DNA of 64,000 nucleotides from Candidatus Culexmicrobium cathedralense. Its GTDB lineage: Archaea > Thermoproteota > Methanomethylicia > Culexarchaeales > Culexmicrobiaceae. The notes under the pieces were generated by a model, which was given only the letters and a program-made list of their open reading frames with translations, searched no databases and was not told the DNA's origin. Position 1 is the first letter of the stretch. Each line of letters starts with the position of its first letter. This document shows positions 47,677 to 56,942 of this stretch, in pieces. Position numbers and translations under genes: made by a program. The stretch is from contig JANZKC010000003.1 in the NCBI GenBank assembly GCA_025061115.1, forward strand, positions 1 to 64,000, given 5' to 3'.

Positions 47677-47825
47677 TATTGGATAATATATTTTCTGTGA
47701 TATGCCCAGCGAACTTTGGAAGGTCAATATCGGAGAGGAATGGCCAATTTATTATGTGCCAAATGAGGGATTTCGAAATGAAGTAGATGAAGAATTGAAA
47801 GATCTCTCTGAGCTTAAAGAGGAAA

Positions 47826-48599
47826 TTATCTAAGCATAGAATGAATTTCTTTAAGCACTTTCACAGCACTTTCTTTGTTGTTTTTATAGAAATCCTTTTT
47901 CCATCTCCCAGCTCTTGGAGATGGATTTGGGAAAACTGCTACCTTACACTCCGCCAATTCTTCTAGTACTAAAAATGAAGGTCTGTCACCCTCGAGAAGT
48001 TTCTTCACCGTAAGCAATCCTCGTCCTCTAACTACCTCTTCTAATTGCATTTTAACAGTTTCCCTATACCCTTTCTTGAAAAGCCTCCTCAAAGCTTCTG
48101 AAGATGCACATATAATCAGTTCCGGTCTAATTTTGCTCAATTCTTTGGGAAAAGAGTAACAAAAACACCTGTCCATAGCCATTCTCTTATCTCTACCTTT
48201 TAGACATTTAAGGGTCTTCTTAAACACATGAGTCCAATAAACTTTCCTTAAGAAGATTTCAGCCCAATCATCCCTCAATTCATCTGAGAAAATGGGCTTA
48301 AATGTGCAATAGATGAAATCAAATATGTTTCTAGGCCATAACTTTCTCCTTGCATTAGGAATTTCTGCCGCCTTAACTAATCCACATAGAAGATCATTTT
48401 CAATGAATTCCTCTAATCTACTAACTCCCGGTCTAGGGTAATTGTAGGGAGACTCGGATATGAACATGACTTTCTGATGCAAAACGGGGAATATCAACGC
48501 AGGCTTATTAGACAGATAGCAATCGCAGCCTTTGCAGATTTCCTCCTTCCATTCTCTAGCTATTTCAACAAGCTTTCCAACCCTAACCATAAAAACCAC
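47826..48599 (-). CDS. Uracil-DNA glycosylase superfamily-like protein (divergent)
   Basis: VMFISESP (motif A-like), VYWTHVFK, RPELII, FPNPSP (motif B-like). Confidence 0.6.
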   Translation of the reverse strand: MVFMVRVGKLVEIAREWKEEICKGCDCYLSNKPALIFPVLHQKVMFISESPYNYPRPGVSRLEEFIENDLLCGLVKAAEIPNARRKLWPRNIFDFIYCTFKPIFSDELRDDWAEIFLRKVYWTHVFKKTLKCLKGRDKRMAMDRCFCYSFPKELSKIRPELIICASSEALRRLFKKGYRETVKMQLEEVVRGRGLLTVKKLLEGDRPSFLVLEELAECKVAVFPNPSPRAGRWKKDFYKNNKESAVKVLKEIHSMLR

Positions 48600-48890
48600 C
48601 GCGATATCATTATAAAATGCTAATATTAAATTAATATATCTAAGTAATTAATAATTTTATTTAACTTATTAATTTTTAGCTTACTAATTAACTATTTATA
48701 TAATCTTCACTAGATTTTTAATATGCATCGTTAAGGCGTCAAGATCTATGTTATAAAACTCACCATTATCTAAAAAACACTAATCAGGTCATAGTTAATC
48801 CAGCAACTTTCTTCTCCAATCCTGAGAGCTAACGGGTTAACTTGAGGAAAATTTTAAGCATAAATGAACTTAGTTTCATAAGGTGATGAA

Positions 48891-49637
48891 ATGGTGGTTG
48901 AAAAAATCTACTTAAACGACTCCTATGCTAAGGAGTTTGAAGCTACTGTTTTAAAGGTGGAGGATAAGGGAGGAAACATTTGCTTTGTAATTTTAGATAG
49001 AACTGCATTTCACCCAACTGCTGGCGGCCAGCCTCACGATACTGGATTCATCATAGGCTTGAATGGAAAAATGAACGTAACTGACGTGTATGAGGATGAT
49101 TCGGGCAATGTTATTCATGAAGGGGTAGTTGAAGGGTCGATTGCAGTTGGCGATAAGGTTAGAGGTCAAATAAACTGGGATAGGCGATATAGGTTAATGA
49201 GAATGCATACGGCTGCTCACATATTAATTCAAGCTGTCAGGGATTATTTCAGGTCGCCGGTTAGGTGCGTTAGTGCAGGTAAAAGCTTAGATCGAGGAAG
49301 GCTTGATTTTCAAGCAAAAATAAGTAGGGAAATGCTTCCAGAAATAGAGTCGATTGCAAATAGCGTGGTTTCCGAGGATAGACGGGTTATAATAAAGTAC
49401 ATGGCTCCTAGCGATGCTGTCAATTACTTGAAGAAGTATCATGAAAGCATTGATTTATATGCAAGGAAATATGCTTTGCCAGAAAAGATTAGAATTATTG
49501 AAATTGAGGGCTGGTATGCCATTCCATGTGGAGGTACACACGTTAAGAGGACTGGCGAAGTTGGTAGAATTAAGCTTCTTAAGAGAGCTAGCAAGGGTAA
49601 GGGTGTGGTTAGAATAGAGTACACAGTTGAACCTTGA
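48891..49637 (+). CDS. alaX: Alanyl-tRNA editing protein AlaX (AlaX-M)
   Basis: LDRTAFHP.AGGQPHD.G, MHTAAH and CGGTH zinc motifs. Confidence 0.93.
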   Translation: MVVEKIYLNDSYAKEFEATVLKVEDKGGNICFVILDRTAFHPTAGGQPHDTGFIIGLNGKMNVTDVYEDDSGNVIHEGVVEGSIAVGDKVRGQINWDRRYRLMRMHTAAHILIQAVRDYFRSPVRCVSAGKSLDRGRLDFQAKISREMLPEIESIANSVVSEDRRVIIKYMAPSDAVNYLKKYHESIDLYARKYALPEKIRIIEIEGWYAIPCGGTHVKRTGEVGRIKLLKRASKGKGVVRIEYTVEP

Positions 49638-49778
49638 GCAACCTTTTAAATGTATTTAAAATTCTTTAAAATGATTTTTCTCCTTTAATATTTCCACGCT
49701 TTTGTAGAAATCGCATTTTACTACTATTTCTTTATGCGATATTGTTTTCCCTAGCTTACTGCACTTCCAAGTCTTATT

Positions 49779-50018
49779 TTATTTAATTGCATATGCGCAT
49801 GAGTGGCATAGCGATTTTTCTGCCTTTAGCTTGTATTTCGATGCGAGGTTAGTTGGTGATAAGCGAACTGCTTCTCCGCATTTTTCGCAGTATAGTATTG
49901 AAATTTGGAGTTGGGGTGGAGGTGCTAATATGAATGTATTCATGGATGGGAACTTGGATGCGTCTAGCTTTAGTTTTCCTCCGCATCTTGGGCATTTTAA
50001 TTCTGATTTTTCCGTCAA
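49779..50018 (-). CDS. Small Cys-rich zinc-finger protein
   Basis: CPRCGG, CEKCG, CHSC; 4-nt overlap with the speE stop. Confidence 0.6.
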   Translation of the reverse strand: MTEKSELKCPRCGGKLKLDASKFPSMNTFILAPPPQLQISILYCEKCGEAVRLSPTNLASKYKLKAEKSLCHSCAYAIK

Positions 50019-50899
50019 TGCTCCAAATAATCTTTTAATGTTTCTCTTAAATATTGCAGGGCAATGTGAACCTTTGGCGTGTAAAACTTTGTTCTCAAGT
50101 TTCTTTCACTAAACCTCTCCGAGACTTCCTCTAGGGTCATGCTCATTGCGTTGTGTTTATCTGAGCCAAAGGCGAACGCCCATTGATTGGCGAATGATGG
50201 TATGTAAACCGCGTAGAAATCCACTATTTTGAATAGCTTCTTGAAATCCGAAGTTATCTTTCGTAGAGCTCCTGGATGCTGCTGTAAGCCTAGGGCTTGC
50301 GTTACAAGTATCCCCTCCTCGCTTAGAATATCCTTTGTTATTTTATAGAAGTCGACGGTGTAAAGGGGGACTGCCGGACCTATGTCGTCCGTTACATCCA
50401 TGAAAATTACATCGAATTCTTCATTTACCTCTTTAACGTACTTAAGCCCATCTTCAATAACTATTTGAGCTCTTGGGTCTTCGAAGGCTCCTTGAGGTAC
50501 AAATGGCATGTACTTCTTTACGACTCTGATCACTTCCTCATCAATTTCCACTAGAACTGCTTTTTCAACTGTTGGGTGTTTTAAGACTTCCCTCAGTGCC
50601 CCTCCATCTCCGCCTCCAATTATTAGAATTTTTCTTGGACATGGATGACTTATCATTACTGGATGCACAAATGATTCGTGATATATGTGCTCATCTTTCT
50701 CGCATATTTGTGTGCTGTGGTCTAGGTGGAGAGCAAGTCCGAAGTCGTAAGATTCAATGACTTCAATGAGCTGATACTTCGATTTTCCGGAATAAACTAT
50801 CGATTTAACTCTTTCGACCGTGTGCGCGTTTGGAGTCATGGGTTCAAGATAAAAAAGCTCTCCATCAATTTCAGTTAGACCACTTTTGATTTTCATCAT
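50015..50899 (-). CDS. speE: Spermidine synthase / polyamine aminopropyltransferase
   Basis: SKYQ, DEHIYHE, IIGGGDGG.LRE, VEID, FDVIFMD. Confidence 0.92.
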   Translation of the reverse strand: MMKIKSGLTEIDGELFYLEPMTPNAHTVERVKSIVYSGKSKYQLIEVIESYDFGLALHLDHSTQICEKDEHIYHESFVHPVMISHPCPRKILIIGGGDGGALREVLKHPTVEKAVLVEIDEEVIRVVKKYMPFVPQGAFEDPRAQIVIEDGLKYVKEVNEEFDVIFMDVTDDIGPAVPLYTVDFYKITKDILSEEGILVTQALGLQQHPGALRKITSDFKKLFKIVDFYAVYIPSFANQWAFAFGSDKHNAMSMTLEEVSERFSERNLRTKFYTPKVHIALQYLRETLKDYLEH

Positions 50900-50996
50900 G
50901 ATAGTTAAAGGTAAGCTATGTAATATAACTCTTGCCTAGGGACTCGAATCGTTAGCCCTTCAGGTTGAAATAAAAATGTGGTAGCTGGGTGAGCAC

Positions 50997-52073
50997 TCAC
51001 TCTCCAAATATGAGCCACTTTCCATCTTTCATGACTAATTTGCCGTCAAAGTATATTTCACCGCCTTTGCGAAGGTCTTTAATCATATCCCAGTGGATTG
51101 CTGACTCATTTTTGCTTAGAGTCGCCTTGTATCCTCTACCTAAGGCTAAGTGTATTGTCCCTCCTATTTTCTCGTCAAATAAAATGTTTTTCACTGGCCT
51201 AGTTATGTTATAATTTAATCCAATTCCAAATTCTCCTATTCGTTTGGCTCCTTCATCCGTGTCGAGCATTTTCTTTAGGAACTTTTGGTTTTTAGTTGCT
51301 TTTGCTTCAACTACAGCTCCATTCTCAAATTTCAAGGTTATGTCTTCGACGACATTCCCAAGTCTTACTGCTGGAACATCGAATCTGATATATCCATTTA
51401 CGCTGTCTTCAACGACGCTTGTGTAAACTTCGCCGTCCGGCATGTTTCTTTTGCCGTCGGCTACAAGCGCATTTCTTCCCTTTATGCTGAATTCTAGTTC
51501 AGTGTCGTCGCTAACAATTTTCACCTCGTCTGTTGAGTCAAGGAGCTCCTTTATCTTCTGCATTTTTTCAGACATAGCTCTCCAGTCAACTAGGCATGCG
51601 TTGAAGACGAAGTCTTCAAATTCTTCAAATGACATTTCTGCTTCCTGTGCTAGAGCGTTGGTTGGATAGTAGAATACGACCCACCTTGTTTTTTCAACTC
51701 TCCAGTCTCTTATTGGTCTAAGAACTTTAAGCCTTGCGCTTATTCTTCCTGGATCTATGTTGATGAGCTCTCTAAGATTTGTTGGCGCTCTAATGGCGAA
51801 GTAGACGTCTGTATGCTGAATTTCATAGTATTCGTGCTCGGGAAACCAATTTATTTGATTATCAGTTGCATATTTATAGAATATGTAATCTGCTAGTGGC
51901 AAATCTATTTTAATCCATGGGTGAGCTCCTCTTAAAATCGACAGCCTATAGATTTCCAGAGCTAAATCCTTAGCTTCAAGCCCAGCGTGAATGAGTACTC
52001 TGTCCCCTTCTTTTATCTCCGTCGAGTAGTCCACAAGTATTTCTGCAACCTTCCTTAATCTCTCATCAACCAT
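50997..52073 (-). CDS. Aminopeptidase, M29 (AmpS/AmpT) family
   Basis: NMPDGEV, GEFGIG.N, LFDEKI.GTIHLALG, SAIHWD. Confidence 0.92.
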   Translation of the reverse strand: MVDERLRKVAEILVDYSTEIKEGDRVLIHAGLEAKDLALEIYRLSILRGAHPWIKIDLPLADYIFYKYATDNQINWFPEHEYYEIQHTDVYFAIRAPTNLRELINIDPGRISARLKVLRPIRDWRVEKTRWVVFYYPTNALAQEAEMSFEEFEDFVFNACLVDWRAMSEKMQKIKELLDSTDEVKIVSDDTELEFSIKGRNALVADGKRNMPDGEVYTSVVEDSVNGYIRFDVPAVRLGNVVEDITLKFENGAVVEAKATKNQKFLKKMLDTDEGAKRIGEFGIGLNYNITRPVKNILFDEKIGGTIHLALGRGYKATLSKNESAIHWDMIKDLRKGGEIYFDGKLVMKDGKWLIFGE

Positions 52074-52196
52074 TTACATCACCACAAATACCTCTATCAA
52101 AATCAGATTTAACTTTACTTATAAAATCGTCAGCTGTAATGGCTAGCTATTAACATCCCAATCTTTATAAAACTTCTAGGTCGCATAATGTGAGAG

Positions 52197-53258
52197 GTGC
52201 ATGCCTCATTGAAGATACGGCGCTTCGAGGTCGCTGCATTATCATTAATGTTTGCAATGTATTTCGCAGCCATGGCAATGAAATTTCAAAGTTTAGAAGT
52301 TGCATTAAGTATTGTTGCAGGTTTATGGCTTATTCTACGAAGCAGTAAAGTTGCAGTTGAGGGCCTGAGATCTGCAGTTATGCACATGGGTCAAACTGAG
52401 TATATTGCAGGGATGATTTCGAGTTTTGCTTCAAATACTCCTGAACTTGCCGTCGCTCTGATTATGGTTATTAAGGGAATGAGCATTCAATCTAAATCTC
52501 TAATTGAAACTGCAGTTTTAACAGTGATCATTACGGCCGGCTTTGATGTTCTTGTTTTAGGCATACTAATTGTAATGATGAGCTGGAGTAAAGGAGAGCT
52601 TCCATTTCCCTATAGAGCAATTGCTCATGAAAGTGATATTATAAGGATGACGATAATAATTTGCTCATTGATGTTTTCGCTTGGGGTTATTGAAGGTAAT
52701 GAGGGTTTCATTCCTCAAGAGTTGGGATTGCTCCTAATTTTAACTTATGTTTCCTACTTGGTGCTTGCTGCTAGAAGTCAGAAGGAGCATTATGCGGAAA
52801 AGCCAAAGCTTTCAGGTAATGCTACGATCCTCTATCTTTGTGCCGGCTTTGCTTCAATGATAATTGGAGGTAAACTTTTAACTAATGTTGCTGAGCATAT
52901 TTTGCATAATCTGCACCTGCCAGTTGTTGTTACAGCGATGATTATTGGGTGCTTAAGTAGCGTACCAGAATATGGAATTATTATCTTAAGTGCCAGTAAG
53001 GGGCACGTGGAAATGGGATTAGCTAATCTTTTAGCTGGAATGACTCAATGCATTTTCATAGCGATTGGCTTGATGTCGCTTTTAACTTCAATTCCGCTGG
53101 ATGGGTACATAATGTTTCAGTTAATTTCTATAGCTGCTACTCTTTGGATGGTGAAGAAGGCGATTTTGGACGATAATAAGTTGACTTTGGATGAAGGGAT
53201 GTTTATCATAATTCTTCAGGTAATGGTTTTCATAATGCTTGAAAGGCTTAGAGCTTAA
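52197..53258 (+). CDS. Sodium/calcium exchanger (CaCA) family membrane protein
   Basis: Alpha-repeat-like ASNTPE and SSVPE motifs; about 10 TM. Confidence 0.78.
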   Translation: MHASLKIRRFEVAALSLMFAMYFAAMAMKFQSLEVALSIVAGLWLILRSSKVAVEGLRSAVMHMGQTEYIAGMISSFASNTPELAVALIMVIKGMSIQSKSLIETAVLTVIITAGFDVLVLGILIVMMSWSKGELPFPYRAIAHESDIIRMTIIICSLMFSLGVIEGNEGFIPQELGLLLILTYVSYLVLAARSQKEHYAEKPKLSGNATILYLCAGFASMIIGGKLLTNVAEHILHNLHLPVVVTAMIIGCLSSVPEYGIIILSASKGHVEMGLANLLAGMTQCIFIAIGLMSLLTSIPLDGYIMFQLISIAATLWMVKKAILDDNKLTLDEGMFIIILQVMVFIMLERLRA

Positions 53259-53313
53259 AATTAGTAGGAACTAATAAAAGATACTTTGCTAATTTTACGG
53301 TGGAGGAAGAATT

Positions 53314-53697
53314 TTGCAAATAGTAAGTGAAATTTTAAGTAAGAGTGATAATTTTTCGATGTTGATGGGTGATATTCTCAGAGTTTTAAGCTTAAGCTTT
53401 GGGAGGCTCTGGCTAAGCGAGTTAATTATGGAAATTGAGGGTTTTAGAAGTAGTTTTGGTGAGGTTGGGAAAGTTAATGCTGATGATGTTGCTGATGCAG
53501 TGGATAATCTGGAAAGGTTGAATGTATTGCAGACTGAAAAGAGATTGAGAAGCTCCATGCTTTCAGGTAGCATACCGGACTTGATGGTTACCTTGCTAAA
53601 TCTAAGTTCGGTTTTAACTATTGTTAGAAATGATCCGCGCTTTCTACAATATATGAGGTTGAAGGACGCTGCATTCAAGGATTTGAGAGGTAAATAA
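53314..53697 (+). CDS. Hypothetical protein (winged-helix-like)
   Basis: RBS GGAGG; LWLSEL...AVDNLERLNVL pattern; collinear with neighbours. Confidence 0.6.
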   Translation: MQIVSEILSKSDNFSMLMGDILRVLSLSFGRLWLSELIMEIEGFRSSFGEVGKVNADDVADAVDNLERLNVLQTEKRLRSSMLSGSIPDLMVTLLNLSSVLTIVRNDPRFLQYMRLKDAAFKDLRGK

Positions 53698-53743
53698 AGG
53701 TAACTGTAAACTTTAATTTCTTTTTCATACATGATTTCTTAGA

Positions 53744-55078
53744 ATGTTCAGTCCTGAAAAGGTTATCAATAAGGCTTTGCTTTTGGGTGCTGAACGTGCT
53801 GATGCTATACTCTTAGAAGTTGATCAGGTGGAGCAAGCTTTTAGAGGAGGTATTGTTGAATCAAATGAAGCTAAGACGAGGATTTATGGCGTGAGAGTTG
53901 TAGTTTCGGGAGTTATGGGGATTGCTTCCAGCACTAGGCCTGATGCTGAAAGGCTGGTCAAATCGGCCATTAAGGCTGCTTCGATTGGCTCTAGAGCTAG
54001 GAAGCTTGCTTCTGGCGAGCTGGCTCGAGGGCGCTATAGGTTTCCCGAAGTTCATCCTGTAATTGAAAACTTCATGAGTGAAATTTCGGATTACATATTA
54101 GCATTTACTTCAGAGGTGCGTGAGCGTTTAAGTGGATTAATTAGGTTTATTGAAGTTGTTGCAACCGGAAGTAGAGTTAAGAGATTATTGGTTTCAAGTG
54201 AAGGTGTTGATGCATTTGAGGAAAAACCGTTAGTGGACTTCTCTGCTTCAGCGATAGTGTCTGGTAGGAAGGAGATATCTAGCATCGCAATTGGTGGAGC
54301 AGGTGGACTGGAGGTTGTTATTGACGTTAATCCTAAAAAGCTAGCAAAAGCTTTAATTGCAAGAAGTATTGCGGGGGCCATGGCTAGGAAGTTAAAGCCG
54401 GCATTTAGAGGTTTCGCTTTTCCAATAATATTGAGTGGTAAATCTGCTGCTGCTCTTATTCATGAAGCCGTTGGACATACTTTGGAGGCAGACGTGGCAC
54501 TTGAGAGGGGAAAGCCCATTAAGATAGGAGTTAAGGTGGCTTCCAAAGAGCTCACAGTCATCGATGATCCCCTCACTCCAGGTGGATATGGAAGTTACTT
54601 CTTCGATGATGAAGGAATAGTTGCTAAGAGAAAGACTCTCATTGAAAATGGTTTCATAGTTGACGTTCTCCATAACAGGTGGTCAGCATATGAATATGGC
54701 GCCATCCCTAAGGGTAATGGAAGAGGATTATTCTTCTTTCCAAAAGCATTAATGAGTAATATTAAAGTTAAACCTGGAGATTGGAGATTTAAAGAAATAA
54801 TTGAGGAAACAAAATTTGGATTTCTAGTGAATGACGTAGTCAAAGCAGAGCTTGTTGATGGAATGGTAACTTTAATCCCAGATGAAGCATGGCTCGTTGA
54901 AAAGGGTGAAGTAAAAACTCCAGTTATGCTTAGGGAAATCAGAATTCCCTTGAATAAAGCGCTTAATAAGATAGATGCCATTGCAAGAGAAGTGGCCTCC
55001 AGATTTACTGTAGAAAAGGGTCTTCCTATTGGTGAGTATTCGCCTCCATTAAGAATATCTGAAGCTTATGTTTTCTAG
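53744..55078 (+). CDS. Divergent TldD-like protein
   Basis: YGVRV, HEAVGH, FDDEG, GNGRG, MSN; C-terminal Cys ligand motif absent. Confidence 0.85.
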   Translation: MFSPEKVINKALLLGAERADAILLEVDQVEQAFRGGIVESNEAKTRIYGVRVVVSGVMGIASSTRPDAERLVKSAIKAASIGSRARKLASGELARGRYRFPEVHPVIENFMSEISDYILAFTSEVRERLSGLIRFIEVVATGSRVKRLLVSSEGVDAFEEKPLVDFSASAIVSGRKEISSIAIGGAGGLEVVIDVNPKKLAKALIARSIAGAMARKLKPAFRGFAFPIILSGKSAAALIHEAVGHTLEADVALERGKPIKIGVKVASKELTVIDDPLTPGGYGSYFFDDEGIVAKRKTLIENGFIVDVLHNRWSAYEYGAIPKGNGRGLFFFPKALMSNIKVKPGDWRFKEIIEETKFGFLVNDVVKAELVDGMVTLIPDEAWLVEKGEVKTPVMLREIRIPLNKALNKIDAIAREVASRFTVEKGLPIGEYSPPLRISEAYVF

Positions 55079-55335
55079 AGAAACTTAGAGGCATATGCTA
55101 AGGTTGAAACTTGTAAAAGAGCTATTGAAATTGAACAATAACTTCATTCTTGCTATTTATAAGCTAGAGGAACGGTCTATAGCATATTTCTTCACACTAA
55201 TGAGCATGCCAGGAATAATTATGCAAATTATAGCGTCACTATTAGTCGGTCCCCTGTGGAATATGGAGAATATTTCCAATAGCGATAATGCTGTACCTCT
55301 TAACATCAATTCCGATAGAATAATAAAAGTCTAAA

Positions 55336-55605
55336 TCATCCACGCCTATATGGTGTTATAGTGAAAAGAAGAATTGAAAAAACAACTAAAAGGGCAGATA
55401 AAGCATAAGGCAGTTGAGCATGAATGGATGCTATAAAACCTGCAATTAAAGGAGAAACGATCCCAATCACTTTTGAAGCAGCACTCAAAACACCCATATA
55501 AGTACCCTTAGACTCCTCAGGTATAGTTGAGTAAAGAATGTCTCTTTGAAATGGAAATGCAATTGCACCACCAATTGACATTAAAAATGCAGGATTTCTA
55601 ATCAA
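55336..55605 (-). pseudogene. MFS transporter C-terminal fragment
   Basis: IPEESKGTYMG...IVSPLIAGFIA matches the last three MFS helices; upstream is AT-rich and non-coding. Confidence 0.65.
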
Positions 55606-55864
55606 AACTGTAAAATTATGTTTAATGTCATAATATGTACTTAAAAAGCATTAAAATCAGATTTTATCAAATAATATAAATTAATGTAATTGAAATCAGA
55701 TAAGAATAATAAAATATTTAAAAGAATTCATATTTAAAGATATAAAGTTGAATTCAATTGAAACATTAAAGGCTGCAAAGCGATTTCAGATGAGAAGAAA
55801 GTTACTGAGTACAGATTTTATATGAATTATTGCAATCTTTAACGATTTGTTCTTGAGAAAGTCG

Positions 55865-55894
55865 TAAATACGTATAAATATGTTTAAGTATGTA
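55865..55894 (+). repeat. Three tandem 10-bp direct repeats (TAARTAYGTW) over the promoter of the RHH-Zn gene
   Basis: TAAATACGTA TAAATATGTT TAAGTATGTA, ending 22 bp before ATG55917. Confidence 0.6.
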
Positions 55895-55916
55895 TAAGGC
55901 AGGTGTGTGGTGATTT

Positions 55917-56246
55917 ATGGGTGAGCTTAAAGATCCAAGAGTTAAATTAACAATTACAGTTGATGAAGATGTCCTTAAAATGGCTAAAGGCAAGGCGAAG
56001 GAATGCGGCATCACTTTATCTAGAGCAATTGAAAAATTTCTTAAATTCTTTGCAGATCCCCATGTTTACTGCTTTAAATGTGGAGAGAAGTTTAGAGTTA
56101 GTGAAGCTGAGATATGCCCTAAATGCGGTTGGCTCAGTTGTCCAAGCTGCAGTGCTTGTAGGTGTGATTTAAGCGAGGAAACTGCTATTGCCATTTTTCA
56201 TATGAGGCGAGTTTACGAGGATCTATTAGTAAGAAGAATTAAGTAA
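55917..56246 (+). CDS. Ribbon-helix-helix (DUF6364-like) protein with Cys-rich zinc-binding C-terminus
   Basis: KLTITVDEDVLKMAK..A...GITLSRAIE.FL RHH; CFKC, CPKC, CPSCSACRC. Confidence 0.78.
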   Translation: MGELKDPRVKLTITVDEDVLKMAKGKAKECGITLSRAIEKFLKFFADPHVYCFKCGEKFRVSEAEICPKCGWLSCPSCSACRCDLSEETAIAIFHMRRVYEDLLVRRIK

Positions 56247-56258
56247 GAGGTATTACTC

Positions 56259-56942
56259 ATGCCTTATCATAATCATAATGAAAATTTTAACCCATCAGTT
56301 AGGAGTATATCCTTAATAGCTTCTCTTTCAGCTATATACGTGATTTGCACGTTGATACCAATTTCTCCATTCATTGGAGGCCCATCCATACTAACATTAA
56401 ACTTGATAATAGTTCCTCTTATCGCGTTATTACTTAACCCCGTCGAAGCTTTGTTCGCTGCTATAATTGGTAGCTTAGTTTCCATGTGGATGATACCAAC
56501 TGCATTAGCAAATATTTTCGGTCCATCTGCGGTGTTGCTTCCAACTTTAGGTGCTTTCATGGGGAGCTTCTCAAAGTATAGATATGGAAAATTAATTGTA
56601 GGAGTATATCTCGCATTCTGCATAATGGCCTTCACTACAGCCATACCTGAATTTCCATTCTGGGTAGCTCCGCACGCTCTGGCTCTAATTCTTTGCCTAA
56701 CAGCTGAATTCATTGAAAATGAGAAAATTAAAACTATGATAATAGCATATGTCTCAACAATGTGTGAGCAAGCAATAATGATGAATCTTGCTGTTTACCA
56801 AGTCCAACTTCCATGGCAAGTTTTTGCAGTAGCATTTCCATTTATGATATATGAAAGAGTCTTAGCCGCATTTGGAGGCTTTATACTTTATATTGCTCTT
56901 AAAAAAGCACCTATACTCAGCGACCTAATTAAATCTTCTTAA
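56259..56942 (+). CDS. ECF transporter S-component-like membrane protein
   Basis: About 6-7 TM, N-terminal AxxxA-like helix, IPISPFIGG, LL.P..A..A..IG, YER near the C-terminus. Confidence 0.65.
   Translation: MPYHNHNENFNPSVRSISLIASLSAIYVICTLIPISPFIGGPSILTLNLIIVPLIALLLNPVEALFAAIIGSLVSMWMIPTALANIFGPSAVLLPTLGAFMGSFSKYRYGKLIVGVYLAFCIMAFTTAIPEFPFWVAPHALALILCLTAEFIENEKIKTMIIAYVSTMCEQAIMMNLAVYQVQLPWQVFAVAFPFMIYERVLAAFGGFILYIALKKAPILSDLIKSS

Noticed and set aside
50930-50965. tRNA T-arm-like GATTCGAGTCCC on the minus strand
   Set aside because: No acceptor, D or anticodon arms and no integrase nearby.
55095-55334. 79-aa plus-strand ORF next to the MFS fragment
   Set aside because: Partly hydrophobic and possibly rearranged MFS debris, but no motif supports a real gene.
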